DNA from: Piromyces finnis finn
Lineage: Eukaryota > Fungi > Neocallimastigomycota
NCBI GenBank assembly: GCA_002104945.1
Contig: MCFH01000003.1
Coordinates: forward strand, 186,001 to 250,000
Reading direction: 5' to 3'
Length of the DNA: 64,000 nt
The position numbers and the translations under genes were made by a program. The notes under the pieces were generated by a model that saw only the letters and a program-made list of their open reading frames with translations, was not told where the DNA came from and did no database searches. This document shows positions 51,793 through 64,000 of the stretch, piece after piece (positions within the stretch are counted from its first letter, which is position 1; each line of letters opens with the position of its first letter).

Positions 51793-54275
51793 TTAGAGCA
51801 TGGTATCTTTTTTGTTATAAATATTTAATTTAATTGGTATCACTAATTGATATTTTGATTCATTTGTACGATAAATTATGGTTACTTTATCATCAATCTT
51901 TTCTACAAAGTTAGCATCCTTTTCTTCTTCGTCATCATCTTTTATTTTATCGGATTCACTTTCTTTGGATTTTTCTTCATTTTTGATGGAATCAGTATCA
52001 GTGTAAGAATTTGGCTTACAACCGTAATTTTCTTCTTCATCACAGAGAGCATCATAATTACTATTTTTAGAATGAAAACTGGTTTCAGTTATATCTTGCC
52101 ACTCTCTTTTTCCTTTTGGTGATAAAGTCGACTCAAAAATCATCTCTTTTTCTGTACTTAATGGCTCTGTTCTAAATTCTATGGTGGTATTAGATTCCGT
52201 TTTCCTAAGGTTTATATTCGTAACAGGATTATTGTAACATGACAAATTACCTGAATTGGTATTATTGAAAAATACTGAATTGTTATTTTTGTCTTTACTT
52301 TCGCCTTCTTCTTGTGCATTCCTATTATTACTGACAGAAGAGGTTGAAAAAGAGGATTTTTCCATTATATCATCTTTTCCCTTTTCTTGGTTATCATTCT
52401 CTTCATCGTCATCATTGCCTACATAGATAAAGTTATTTGGCTTGAGCTGACCATTTTCATCAAAATATTGTCGATATTCTGGCATATTAGATACTAAAAT
52501 TTCAGTTAAAGGAATACGACAGTATCTTTTACTTAATTCATCTGCGATAATAGCCTTGGTATAATTAGATAAATATTTGTAGTTTTGTTCATTATAAACA
52601 TTTCCCATTTCATCAACAAAAATCATCTCTCTTGGCATAATGGTTTGATTTTCTGTTGGTTGTGCCTCTTTTTGATCATCTGTATTACATTCAGGATGAA
52701 TATTTTCCTTATTTTCATGCTTTGTTTTTTTCTGAATTATATTGAATTCTAAATTGGTTATGCTGTCATCCATATATAAAGATAAATCATTTTCCACAAT
52801 TTCTTTAACACTACCGATTTCTTCTTTTGTTTTAATAGTGGTGGTAGTGGTGCTTTCGGTTGAGATACTCATATTGTCGTCATATTTATCACTCATGACA
52901 TCAACAGCTTTATTCTTGCCTTTATCTGAAGAGAGTGTAGAATAATTTTTCATTTCCTTACTATTTAATTTACTACTAGCTAGTTTTTCTTTATTCTTTC
53001 TTCTGGCATTTAATTTACGTAGAGAGGAAGGTGATCTTCTAATAAACGATGCATCAGAGGTATATTCGTCTTCTTCATCCAAATTACTAAACGATCTTTT
53101 ACGTTCACTAGACAGTGATTCACTTAAATCCGAAATTGAATTGGAACGAACAAGATTTCTTTTTCTAGCATTCCAAGAAGGGATGGATTCATGTCGGATG
53201 GTATTACCATTTTTCATCAGAGCAGAGGTAAGAAGTGATGTTGAGCATGAAAAAGAAGATGATGATGTTAAGGAGTTCACCCTTCTGCATTGGTTTAATG
53301 ATCTAGATTGGGAAACTATATTTAACTTGTTAACAGCAGTAAATTGTTTATTTTTACTAAATGATTGTCTAAGTGGTGAATTTAAACTTGGTTGAGTATC
53401 ATGCTTTTCTAAACTAACAGGACTTGCTGTTCCATCCAAGTTTAACAGGAGAGAGTTACTTGATTTTCTCAAGTGTTGCTTTACTCTATTTTTGGGGGTA
53501 CGAGGGCTACCACTGCAACTATTAGTATTATGTTTTATCTTGGGAGTTGATGGATAACTGTGGTAACATCTATTATTTTCTATATCTTCATCTATTTCAT
53601 TGTCGGAATCAAAACTTTTAAGGTTTCTTGCTTCGGATTGGGATAAGGATGGATCTTCCCAGATGCCATCAATATTTAAAAATCCTTTATATTTATTTGA
53701 ACCTTTGGAAAGACTTTCTCCTTTACACGTTTTATTAGCATGCTTATTATTCATTCCAATAATGTCTACTACATTTTTACTTTTTACATACGAACCCATT
53801 TCATTAGTTTTGTTTTCTTTTATTGAAAACTTATCTTCTGTATCTTTAATACTATCACTTTTATTCTTTTGATTGGATATTGGTATAAAATCATTTTTTT
53901 CATCTTCATCTATAAACATAGAAATATCGCTAATTGGTATTGTATCAGTAATACTTTCAATTTCAGAAACAATGTCCATCTTAGTTTCATTTTTGTAATT
54001 AAAAATATCTTTATTTACTGATGATAGGAAGGATAAGTTGTTTTTAAGATTTGATGAGGAATACGAAGAAGGAAGTGATTCTGAAATAGTTTCTTCTCGA
54101 ACAATGGTATGATTAGTATTATTTATATTAATTTTGTTTGAGGAAGTATTTATATCTAATAATTTTTTTTCGATTAAGGATCGATTAGCTCTCTCATTTT
54201 TGTCTGTGCCAGAAAAGTACAAATTATTTGTACGTAAAAATGATGGTTCTGGTGAAAGAGGTACTCCTTCAATTC

Positions 54276-54318
<43 letters not shown>

Positions 54319-55284
54319 TAATTTTGAGGGGTGTTCCTTTCTATTTTTGGAATGTCTCGAACGATGGTTAAAGAAGAAAAAGGAAGAGGAGGAGGTAGCA
54401 TTGGATGTACACGATAAAGTATCATCGGTAATAGATGAAATAGAGCTTTTATCATAATCACGATAATCATATTCACTGGTTTTTGTACTCAAGGATGGTA
54501 TATAATTCATTCGCTTATACTTGAAAATATCTTCTTCATTGTTATTTTTATCAGAACTGGTGGCAAAGCTCTTAAACCAAGATATATTTTTACCACTTGA
54601 ACTGTTATTTTTACTATCATTGCCTATGAAATGGGCTCTATTTTTCCTTTTTGTTGGTGTTGAAATTAGAAAGGAAGATGTTGGTGAAACAGGGTAATTA
54701 TTAAAAGTACTATCATTTTCTTTTGTCGGGGTTAAGGATAGGTCGAAATTAATAGATTTCAAACTTTTTGTAGGAGTTGAAATATACGACTTTGTACTTA
54801 TTGGTGTAGTAGAATTTTTAAGCTGTTTACAATTGATAAATTTATTTTGACAGCATTCTTTAGATATTGGTTTAGATGTTTCCTTATTTGAGGCTATTAT
54901 TGGGGAAGAGGGTTGTGATGGTTGAGGTGTTTGAATGAATATTTTTTTTGTAGTAAATAAGGGATCAAGTTCTGATTTAGCATTATTTAATGCTTTTAAT
55001 AAGTTTAAAGGAGATGAATCATTACCATTTATATTACGTTTTTTGGGGGTTCGAATAGATAAATGACTTAGAATACGTGATATATTTGGTGTTTTAATTA
55101 CGATATTACTGTAGGATTGAATTGAATTTGGTGATCTAGGTGGTGAAGAAGATAATGTATTTACGATATTATTTTTTTCTGGTGTTGAGGTATCTAATTT
55201 TCTTTTTTTGTATTGATTATCATATTTACAATCACTTTCTAAAAAAGTTTTTTTTTCATTATTATTTTTTAAATCAGATAACAT
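51793..55284 (-). CDS. Hypothetical 1163-aa Ser/Asn/Lys-rich, mostly disordered protein with many S/T-P sites, a KKRKL NLS-like motif and KEN sequences
   Basis: Uninterrupted 3.5-kb ORF. TPEK, SPPR, TPKK, TPTK x3 and SPLR fit the CDK consensus. No catalytic domain recognised. Confidence 0.8.
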
Positions 55285-58200
55285 TTTATCGAAAATTTAT
55301 ATACAATACCTAATCTATGTATATTTTAACTATATTTTATATATATATATATATATTTCAAATAATTATAATATTATATACTTTATAAAAAGTATTTTAT
55401 TATGGAGAAAATAAAAACTTTTTCTTTTTTATTTCAGTGAAGATAAAAACAATAAAAAATAATCAAAGAAAATTATTAACATATAGGCCTCAATAAAAAT
55501 ACTTTTTGTTATTATTATTACTGATAATTAGCAAAAATAAAGCTTTATAACGTTAATAAATATTAATTTTAAAAAATATATATATAAATAAAATTTATAT
55601 TTAATAATTGAAAAATATTTAAAATATAAAACCATACAAATAAAGCGACTAAAATTAAAATGAATTTTAGTTTTTTTTTTTTCAATTTACTCTTCTTTTT
55701 TTTTTTTTTTTTACTTTGGTTTGAATTTAAAATTATATTATATTAATCTTAGATTATATATATTATATAACTTTTTAGATAAAAAAAAAATATTTTGAAA
55801 TAATCAATATTTGTTCTATAAAATTGATTTTGGTATCAATATTAAATAATATATACAAAAAAATAAATATTAATAACGGAAATAACGTAAATAATAGGTC
55901 ATATAAACATGTTCTTTAATTTTTATATGATTAGAATAATATTATTATATATTGTAAAATTTATAAAAAAAAAAGTTTTGATTATTAATTCTAAATTATT
56001 ATTGATAATGAAAAAACTTTTAATAAATTTGATGTAAAGGCAGAAATTTTAATGTACATTAATTAATAAAAATTAATATTTATCTATTTATTTTTTTTTT
56101 CAATTTGTTATAGTTGTTATTACTATTATGTATACTATTATTAATCCTATGATATTTATATTATGTGAATTTTGAATTTTTTTTTTTAACAATTCCATTG
56201 AATTGATTTATCATACATCATTTATAATTATTTTAAATGCTCTTTTGTTTTTTTAAAAAAAAAAAAAAAAAAAAAATACTGTAGAGATAATAAATCTATT
56301 CAATTACTGATATTCACTATTTCAATAGAAAATATTAAAATTATATTTATTTAAAAAGATAATTGTCTTTTTGAATTCTAATAATTTAACCTTTTTCTTT
56401 TAAAAAATAAAAAATAAAAAAAACTTTATTTTTGAACACTTTTCACTTTTTTTTTTTTTTTTTTTTAATAATTAACAATATCAAATTTTCCTCCAATTAA
56501 ATTTTAATTTTATCTTTTAATATAACTTATTTTTATATAAATTATAAAGAAATATTAATAATATATACAATAATATATTAAAAGTTCAAATATTAAATTT
56601 TTTTAGTTGAAAGTGGTTTATTGGCCATTGAGTAATTTAAATCTCAAAGATTATTATACCACGCACCCACACCCACCTACATCCACCCACACACCCTACC
56701 ATTATATTATAAAAAAAAAAAAATAATTCTAATGATAATGATAACAATACTATAGTAATATTAAAAAGATGATACAATGGATAGTAGTACATAAATATGA
56801 TTTTTTTATAAATAGTATAAAAATTAAAGATATAAAACTAATGTATTTGATCATCATTACAATTTTTACCAAAGAAAATAATTAATACTTTTATATATTA
56901 ATTAATTAATTTTAGGTTATACTTTCGATTAATAAAAAAAAAAGCTTATTCATTTTTTTATAATTCTGATAATAAATATAGAAAAAAAAAAAAAAGGTTC
57001 ATTTAAAAGTACAAAAGAATTTAATATATTTATAGTTTTCATTTTTTACGATAAAATAAAAAAATATAAATTTACACCATATTATAATGTTCGTACCCTA
57101 GGTTTATTCGGTTTAAAAAAAAATTGTATAATAGAAAGTTATTAAAAGAAGAGAAAGCTTTTAATCATCAACCAAATAAAGTTTCATCCATACATTTGAA
57201 ATTTATATTAAAAAAAAAAAATATTTGAAAGGAAAAACTATTTGAAGAATAAATTTATCCATACAATGAATTCTGCAATAATATTATTTTACAGAACATT
57301 CGTAATTATGGAATAGGATAATTTTTTATTCAAAAATAGTTTAAATAAATTTATATATATAATTTCATTGTCATTGACAAAGAATAAATGATTAATATTA
57401 TATAGAAACACTTAATTCTTTTAATTTTACCATAAAATAAAATGAAAAAGAAATTAAATGTCATTTAATGATAGTTAAATATACGTAATTGTCGTTTCTT
57501 TTTTATTTTTCTTTTTCATTAAAAGCTATTTTGAAATATAAAAGAAAATTCAACGGTTCTGTTGAATATTTATATTTTTAAAGTTATCTATCCTATACTT
57601 ATATTCTTATTTTTCTATTTTTTGATAAAAACTATGTTTTTAAATGTTTAACTTTTGTATTTAATTACAAATAAAAATAGTTAGTTGGAAGAGCTACAAT
57701 CCTATTGAAGAGAAGAGGATCTTTACTCACTTTAAAATATTTTGTATAATTATTGATTAATTAGATTGTTATATATTCTTTTTTTTTTATCATTATTGAA
57801 GAATTATTATAGTTAAATAATTTTTTTTTATTAATTTGTTCCTCTATACTCGTATAAAAACACAAACGAGATTAAGATATAAATAAATAGGCAATAATAA
57901 TAAGGGTAAAATTGTCATTGAAAATATATGTAAATTGTAAATTTACAAATCTATTCTACTGAAGACCAATAATGGAAATAAAAAAAAAATAATAATAAAA
58001 AAGGAAAACATAAAATCATAAAATCATATAGCATTTATTTATTCATTCATTATTCATTATATTATTAACCACCGTTAACAACTAGATATATTTGTTAACA
58101 GAACCGATAGATATTTTGTATTTGGTGAAAAAAATATATATATATATATTTTTTTTAATCCTTAATATTTATTAACAAAATAAAATAAATATATTTTAAT

Positions 58201-59023
58201 CAAGAGAATCGTTAATATTCTTAAATAATTAATAAGATTTAAAAAAAAAAAAAGGTTAAAGTGACATTAAATAAACAATAGATAATTTTAAGAATAATGA
58301 TAAAAAAAAAAAAAAGGTTTTTTCTTTTCTAGATAAAAGGTATATATAATTTTATATATGAGATTATTCAAATTTCAAAAAAAAAAAAAAAAGGTATTTT
58401 GAATGATTATTTATTATCTATCACTACATGGGTTTATTATGACTTTTGTTTATGATATTTATTTCGCAATTGTTATTTGTTACTATTATTATTATATGAA
58501 TGTGAATATAATATTTATGAAATTGTACTAATATACTAATAGTACTAATATATAAATTAATATTAATAATTTAGATAATGTGTGTGTGGAGATTATTTTT
58601 AAATAAAAAAAATTAAAATCTATTAAAATCATTTTTAAGCTAACTTTTACTATTTCAATAATTTATATTATTTATATTATACAATTCAACATAATTTATA
58701 GGAAGGGCTCTATTTCGGATGTTTTTTCTTTATAATTTTTTTATTGTTCAGCTACTGAATAATTATGTTCCTAACGAATAATTATTTATAATTTATTTAT
58801 GAAATTGTTCTGATATTAGATCATAACTACTTTATTCAAAAAGAAATAGAACTATAATTGTAGATTGCATAGGCTAATTGATATATAACTAAATTTAATG
58901 GTGTATAAATGATTTTTTAAAATTTTTTTTTTTTTTCTTTTCTTTCTTTTTCTTTATGCATACAAATAATAGTGATATTATTGATTATTGTATATTGTAT
59001 ATATATATATTTTTTGCTGGGTA

Positions 59024-59611
59024 TTAGTTAAAAACTATATTTTTAAGATAATCATAGAATATTTTTAAACCAATAAGAATTAAAATGACACCACCAAAGA
59101 TTTGGGCTTTATCATTTAAGAAAGTTCCAAAGTATTTACCAACGAAATATGAACCAACAGATATTATAAATGTTATAATAGCAATAATATCTGATTGTAC
59201 TGAAGCTTCTAACACTGTATTTTCACTGAAAAGTAAACCAACACTTAATGCATCAATTGAAGTAGCTACAGCTTGTAATAATAAAGTTTTTATGGTAACA
59301 CCATTTGAAATTTCTTCATTTTCTTCATCTTCACCTTTTATTCCATCATATATCATTTTTCCTCCTAAATAAGTTAATAAAATCAAAGCTACATATGGAA
59401 TAATATTAGAGAATAAGTTTACAACCAATGAGCCAGCAGCATAACCAATCATTGGCATAAAACCTTGGAATGCCCCATATAAAAAGGCCATGAACAATAT
59501 TTTCCATAATTTCATTTTTGGTTCAGTAAAACCATTTACTGCTGAGACAGCAGAAGCATCCATAGCTAAACCTATGGATAAAAGAATAGTTTCAAAATAA
59601 TTTACGCCCAT
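59024..59611 (-). CDS. mntP: Manganese efflux pump MntP (DUF204/YebN family), intronless, bacterial type
   Basis: SIGLAMDASAVS (cf. xLSMDAFAVS), FQGFMPMIGY, ILLTYLGGKMIYD, QAVATSIDALSVG and KAQIFGGVILILIGLKI give the full MntP motif set in 195 aa. Confidence 0.93.
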   Translation of the reverse strand: MGVNYFETILLSIGLAMDASAVSAVNGFTEPKMKLWKILFMAFLYGAFQGFMPMIGYAAGSLVVNLFSNIIPYVALILLTYLGGKMIYDGIKGEDEENEEISNGVTIKTLLLQAVATSIDALSVGLLFSENTVLEASVQSDIIAIITFIISVGSYFVGKYFGTFLNDKAQIFGGVILILIGLKIFYDYLKNIVFN

Positions 59612-61561
59612 TTTTTTTTAATTATTTTATGTTATAATTTTTTTTTTTTTAATGTAATAATTTTGTAAAATTTTTTAAATATTTAATGTGAGAAAGCGTG
59701 AATTTGAGTTAATAGATAGTATATTTTTAATAGTGGTAGACCTCTAAAAGTTTTATAATAATATTGATTAAAAAAAAAAAATTGTTAATACTTTATGAAA
59801 TTTGTTTATTTTTATAATTACTATTTATTAATAATAAAATCTTTTATATATATATTGATTCATTTTAAAAAATTTTGATTAACTATTATGAATTTACTTT
59901 TTTTTTTTTTTTTTAACTTTAAAATTATTTGACTCTTTTGTATATTCAACATTGATTGATTATAAAATTTAAACTTTATATTAGATTGTTGTTACTTTTT
60001 TTTTTTTTTTTTCTATTTTATATGAATTTTATTATTTTTTTGTGGAGTAAAATTATATTTATATAAGAATAGAAATGCTTTCTTTTTTTACTTCCTCTTT
60101 TCTATATATATATATATTTTTTCCTTTTTTTTTTCCTTTTTTTGGCTGTAATATTCCTTTTAAAAATTAAACTATCAATTGGTGCATTTCAAGAATAGAG
60201 TTTAAATTCTAAAAAATAATTCCTTATTTATTATTTCATTTGGGTTAGGAATATTTTATTATTATTTTCTTTCTTTTTTTTTTTTTTTTACTATTCCTTT
60301 TTATTAAAATATTGCTTTTCTTAATTATTCTACCTATTATTAAGTTTTTTTTTTTTTCTTTTATTATACTCCAATATAAAAAGGACTTTTTTTTTTTTTT
60401 CTATATTTAAATGTACTTTTTTATATTGGAATTTTGGAAGAATTCTAAAAATCTATCAAACAGTTTTTTTTTTTTTTTATTATTTTAATTGAATGAATTA
60501 TTGTAATACAATTAATGTAATTGTAATACAAATTAATAATTATTGTATTAAAGATCAATGATTGAATAAAATATTGAAATTATATAAAAATTTAATTTAT
60601 AAAATTAAATCTCTAAAAATTAAAAATAGAAGGAGGAAGGAAGGAAGGAAGGAAGAGATGATAAACATGTTTGTGTTATAATCCTTAAAAGATTTATATG
60701 AATTAAAAGTTTAAAAAACTAAACTATTAATCTATATCTAGTTCAGTTTGGTATCTAAAAAAGATAAATAAATTATTCATTTAATTACTTATTATCTTTA
60801 GCACCTTTATTTTTCATTTTTATTTTGATATTTATTGTATTTGATTTTTTGTTTAATTTTAGAAAATGAGGTTTTTTTTTAAACATATATATATATATAT
60901 ATAAAAAGAATATATTACATTATTTTAAAAAGTTTTAATATGTATAAAGAATATATTAAAAGATATAAAGTAATAATATTTATATAATAAGTTAAGAAAA
61001 AAAAATAATGTAAAATTAAATAATGATTATCTTTTTATGTTGATTCTAAAAAAAAAAAAAAAAAAAAAAATACTTTTTATCAAGCAATAAATAAATAAAA
61101 AATGGTTATAATTTTTTGGATATAATATTTTTTTTTTTTTTTTGTAAAATAAAATTAACATTAATATATTTAAACATTAAAAGCGCAAAATTAAAATATG
61201 ATTTTCTTTCATAATTATTTATAATAATAATACTTTTTTTTTTTTTTTTCATTGTTGTTGAATATAAAAAAAATTACTTTTTTTTTTTTTTTAATTTTGT
61301 TTGATTGAATTTACGTTAATACATTTTGCTTTGTTGTTCACTTTTGCTTTTTTGTTTTTTGTTTTTTTTGTTTTTTTTGCTATTTTGTTTAATGTTTTAT
61401 AATCGATAAATATTTCTATAGTCAAGTTTTCTTTTTTTGATAACTTTATAGAAATTATTTAACTCTCATTGTTTTTTTTTTTTTTTTTTTTTTTTTGTAA
61501 TTAGGATCATCATCATCACCATCACCATCACTATTATTATTATTAATAGATAATGTCCGTG

Positions 61562-61598
<37 letters not shown>

Positions 61599-61985
61599 AT
61601 TGTTTAAATAATACTATTCATTCATTATTATTTATCATTATTTCTGTATGCCCAAACTCTTTTTTGAGGGGGAAGGAAAGAGGATTCACACCTCATTGTT
61701 ATTTCTTCCCAATTTTATTGTAATAGACTCTTTCTTCAAAAGAAAGATATTACTTTTATCCTTTTTTTTATTCTTATTCATCAAGGATAACTAAAGAATA
61801 ATTTCCTACTTTTTCCTTGTTTACTCCATCTTTTCTCCTATTCCACCACCTCCTCCTTACTTCCCACCTCAATATTTTTTTTCCCATTTTTATTCAAACT
61901 CCAATCTTTAATCTCAGTTCCAATATGTCATCATCATCCATATTCTAACTATCCAATCTATTATTTATAAAATTCCACATCTTCA

Positions 61986-62018
<33 letters not shown>

Positions 62019-63612
62019 TTTTTCTTAATATTAAATTTTATTAATTGAAAATTACTAAGTGTTGAAATTTTTCTATAATTTGAATTATTTATAATATACA
62101 TCTTTTTTTTTTTCTTAAATATAAAAAAAATAATAATAATCATTATTATTACAATCTATTATAAAAACTTTTTTTTTCTAAAAATTTTGAAAAAAAATGT
62201 TTTTTTTTTTTTTAAATATATTAATAACAGAATAATAAAAAAAAAAAAAAGACTTAATAGTTGATAGATCTTTTAAAAAAGTACGATTGAATAAAAAGAA
62301 ATTTTAAAGGAAAGTGTTTGAATAAATATTTATGTTATATTGTTATATTTCTGATGAAAGCTTGGTGTTGAATAGGTCATTTAAAAATTAACCTTTATAT
62401 TAAATTATTAAATAGGTATCAATTTTTTCTTGTTAATTTCTATTAGAAATTAACTATGTTCCATTATGATTGTATTATATACATACTACATTTTTACATC
62501 ATATGTCATAACGATCATTTAAATTTGTTTTTGTTTTGGTTTGTTTTTTTGTTTTGTTTTTTATTTTGTTATTTTGTTTTTTTTTTTGCTTTGTTTTTTT
62601 TTTATTTTATTTTGTTATTTTAGTTTGTTTCATTTTGTTTTTTTTTTTTTTTTGTTATTTGATATTGTCATTATTACTATGATTATTGTTTTTAACTTTA
62701 TTGATAGAATTACTTTTTTTTTTATTAATTTTATTCTTTATGAAAAGTGAGTATTGTTATTTATTTTATGTTTTTTTTTTTAATTATTTATCTTTAATAT
62801 TGATTTGATGGTTTCTCTGTTAATATTGTTTATTGAAAATATAAATTTTATTATTTTCTTTAATTTCTCATAGAAAAAATTATTATTATTTGATAACAAG
62901 GATATATATATAATTTTCATTATGTTTCAAGAATATTTAAAAATTATATATATCAATAGTTCTCAAAGTGACTATTTTATTATTTTTCATTATTTGCTTT
63001 TTCATGTTTAATTTTGACAATCAAGTATTTATTTTGTCTGTATTTTTATTTCGTTTCTAAATATAAATAAAATTGTTCGTGTTACCCTTTTTATTTATAA
63101 GTAGAATATTAAAATAGATTATATATAATTCAGTTATATATATTTTTATTCTTTGCGTGAATATGTAATTTTTTTCATTAAAAAAAATACTATTATCCAA
63201 AAATTTCTATGTGTTTATTAAATAACTATTCTATACTTTTTTTATTAGGTAAAAATAAATATAGAATAAATAATAATTTCTATATTATTATTTTCTTTAC
63301 GAGAAAAATCTGTTCGTTTATTTGAAGAGTTACATATATATATAGCCTCATAATAATTTTGTTTATCTTTTTAGTTTAACGAAAAGAAGTACTTTTAAAA
63401 ACCGATTTTTAAGTACTAACATAAGATAAACAAATGCCAAATTCTTTTTTACGTTGACACCAATTTAATAATATTTTTTATTTATAAAAGTTTTTAGAAT
63501 TTATTTACTCTTTTTGAGTTACTATTGGTTAAAATTAATAAATATAATAAATTAGTATTTCTATATATCATTTTTATTATTTTCTTTAAAAAAAAAAACT
63601 ATTTAATATATA

Positions 63613-63768
63613 CCTTGTTTTTAGTAAATAACATCTTGAGTTTCCATCCTGACCTATCCAAACTTCGCCGTGTTCGTAGCGTTTAAATCTAGGATTAGTG
63701 TTTTCACTAACTTCCTTGTAGGTAGATAACATTGAGATCAATGATTTTATATATGAAGTCATTTTCAA
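63613..63768 (-). pseudogene. Isolated first-exon-like segment; possible decayed gene with faint kinase G-loop resemblance
   Basis: ATG-initiated, relatively GC-rich stretch ending at a GTATAT donor (KRYEHGEVWIGQDGNSRCYLLKT). The nearest acceptors lead to in-frame stops. Confidence 0.25.
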
Positions 63769-64000
63769 TTTACTTATAATGTATATTATTTTTTTTAAAT
63801 GTTTACTTTTTTTTTAAAAAAAAAAACTTTATTAATGGGTATTATTATTAATATTACTATTAATATTATTAATCTATGATTATTAAGCTTTGCTTTTATT
63901 GAATAAATAAATTAAATAAATTAAATAAATTCTATAATGAAATATTTATATAAAAAATTAAAAGTGATTTACGAATTCAAAATATTAATATGTAAAAAAA

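Noticed and set aside
51793-55284. Wee1/Swe1 or Cdc25 assignment for the CDK-site-rich ORF
   Set aside because: No kinase or rhodanese motifs occur in the ORF, and no plausible downstream exon lies in the ~1 kb before the convergent gene.
59612-59800. yybP-ykoY Mn riboswitch upstream of mntP
   Set aside because: The upstream sequence is almost pure A/T, with no GGGGAGUA-type core or pairable GC stems.
61562-61597. (A)36 run as a retroposon tail
   Set aside because: No upstream polyadenylation signal or target-site duplication, and long A runs are common throughout the window.

Overview
An extremely AT-rich eukaryotic window (GC not computed) with GT-AG spliced genes, long poly-A/T tracts and long (AAT)n microsatellites. 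Gene content and style best fit an anaerobic gut fungus (Neocallimastigomycota); this taxon call is inference. I assembled 11 protein-coding loci by hand from splice sites and reading phase: a MadBub (BUB1/MAD3) gene running off the left edge; a 1174-aa Cys-rich single-pass membrane protein; two tandem LrgA-LrgB fusion paralogs; a membrane-anchored P-loop NTPase with a deviant Walker A; a Gfo/Idh/MocA oxidoreductase; a GT71 mannosyltransferase; a secreted DUF4874/DUF4832 glycoside-hydrolase-like protein; one six-exon ~1721-aa gene that joins several ORFs the track lists separately; a 1163-aa disordered protein rich in CDK sites; and an intronless bacterial-type MntP. The most notable points are the LrgAB pair, one copy of which has an altered S-x-T-T-P signature motif, the dockerin-less DUF4874/4832 candidate CAZyme, the bacterial-type genes with differing intron content, and the sense-oriented intronic AAT arrays with a shared internal structure. 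I found no rRNA, tRNA, CRISPR array or intact transposon. Most short ORFs in the track are artefacts of repeats or AT-richness.
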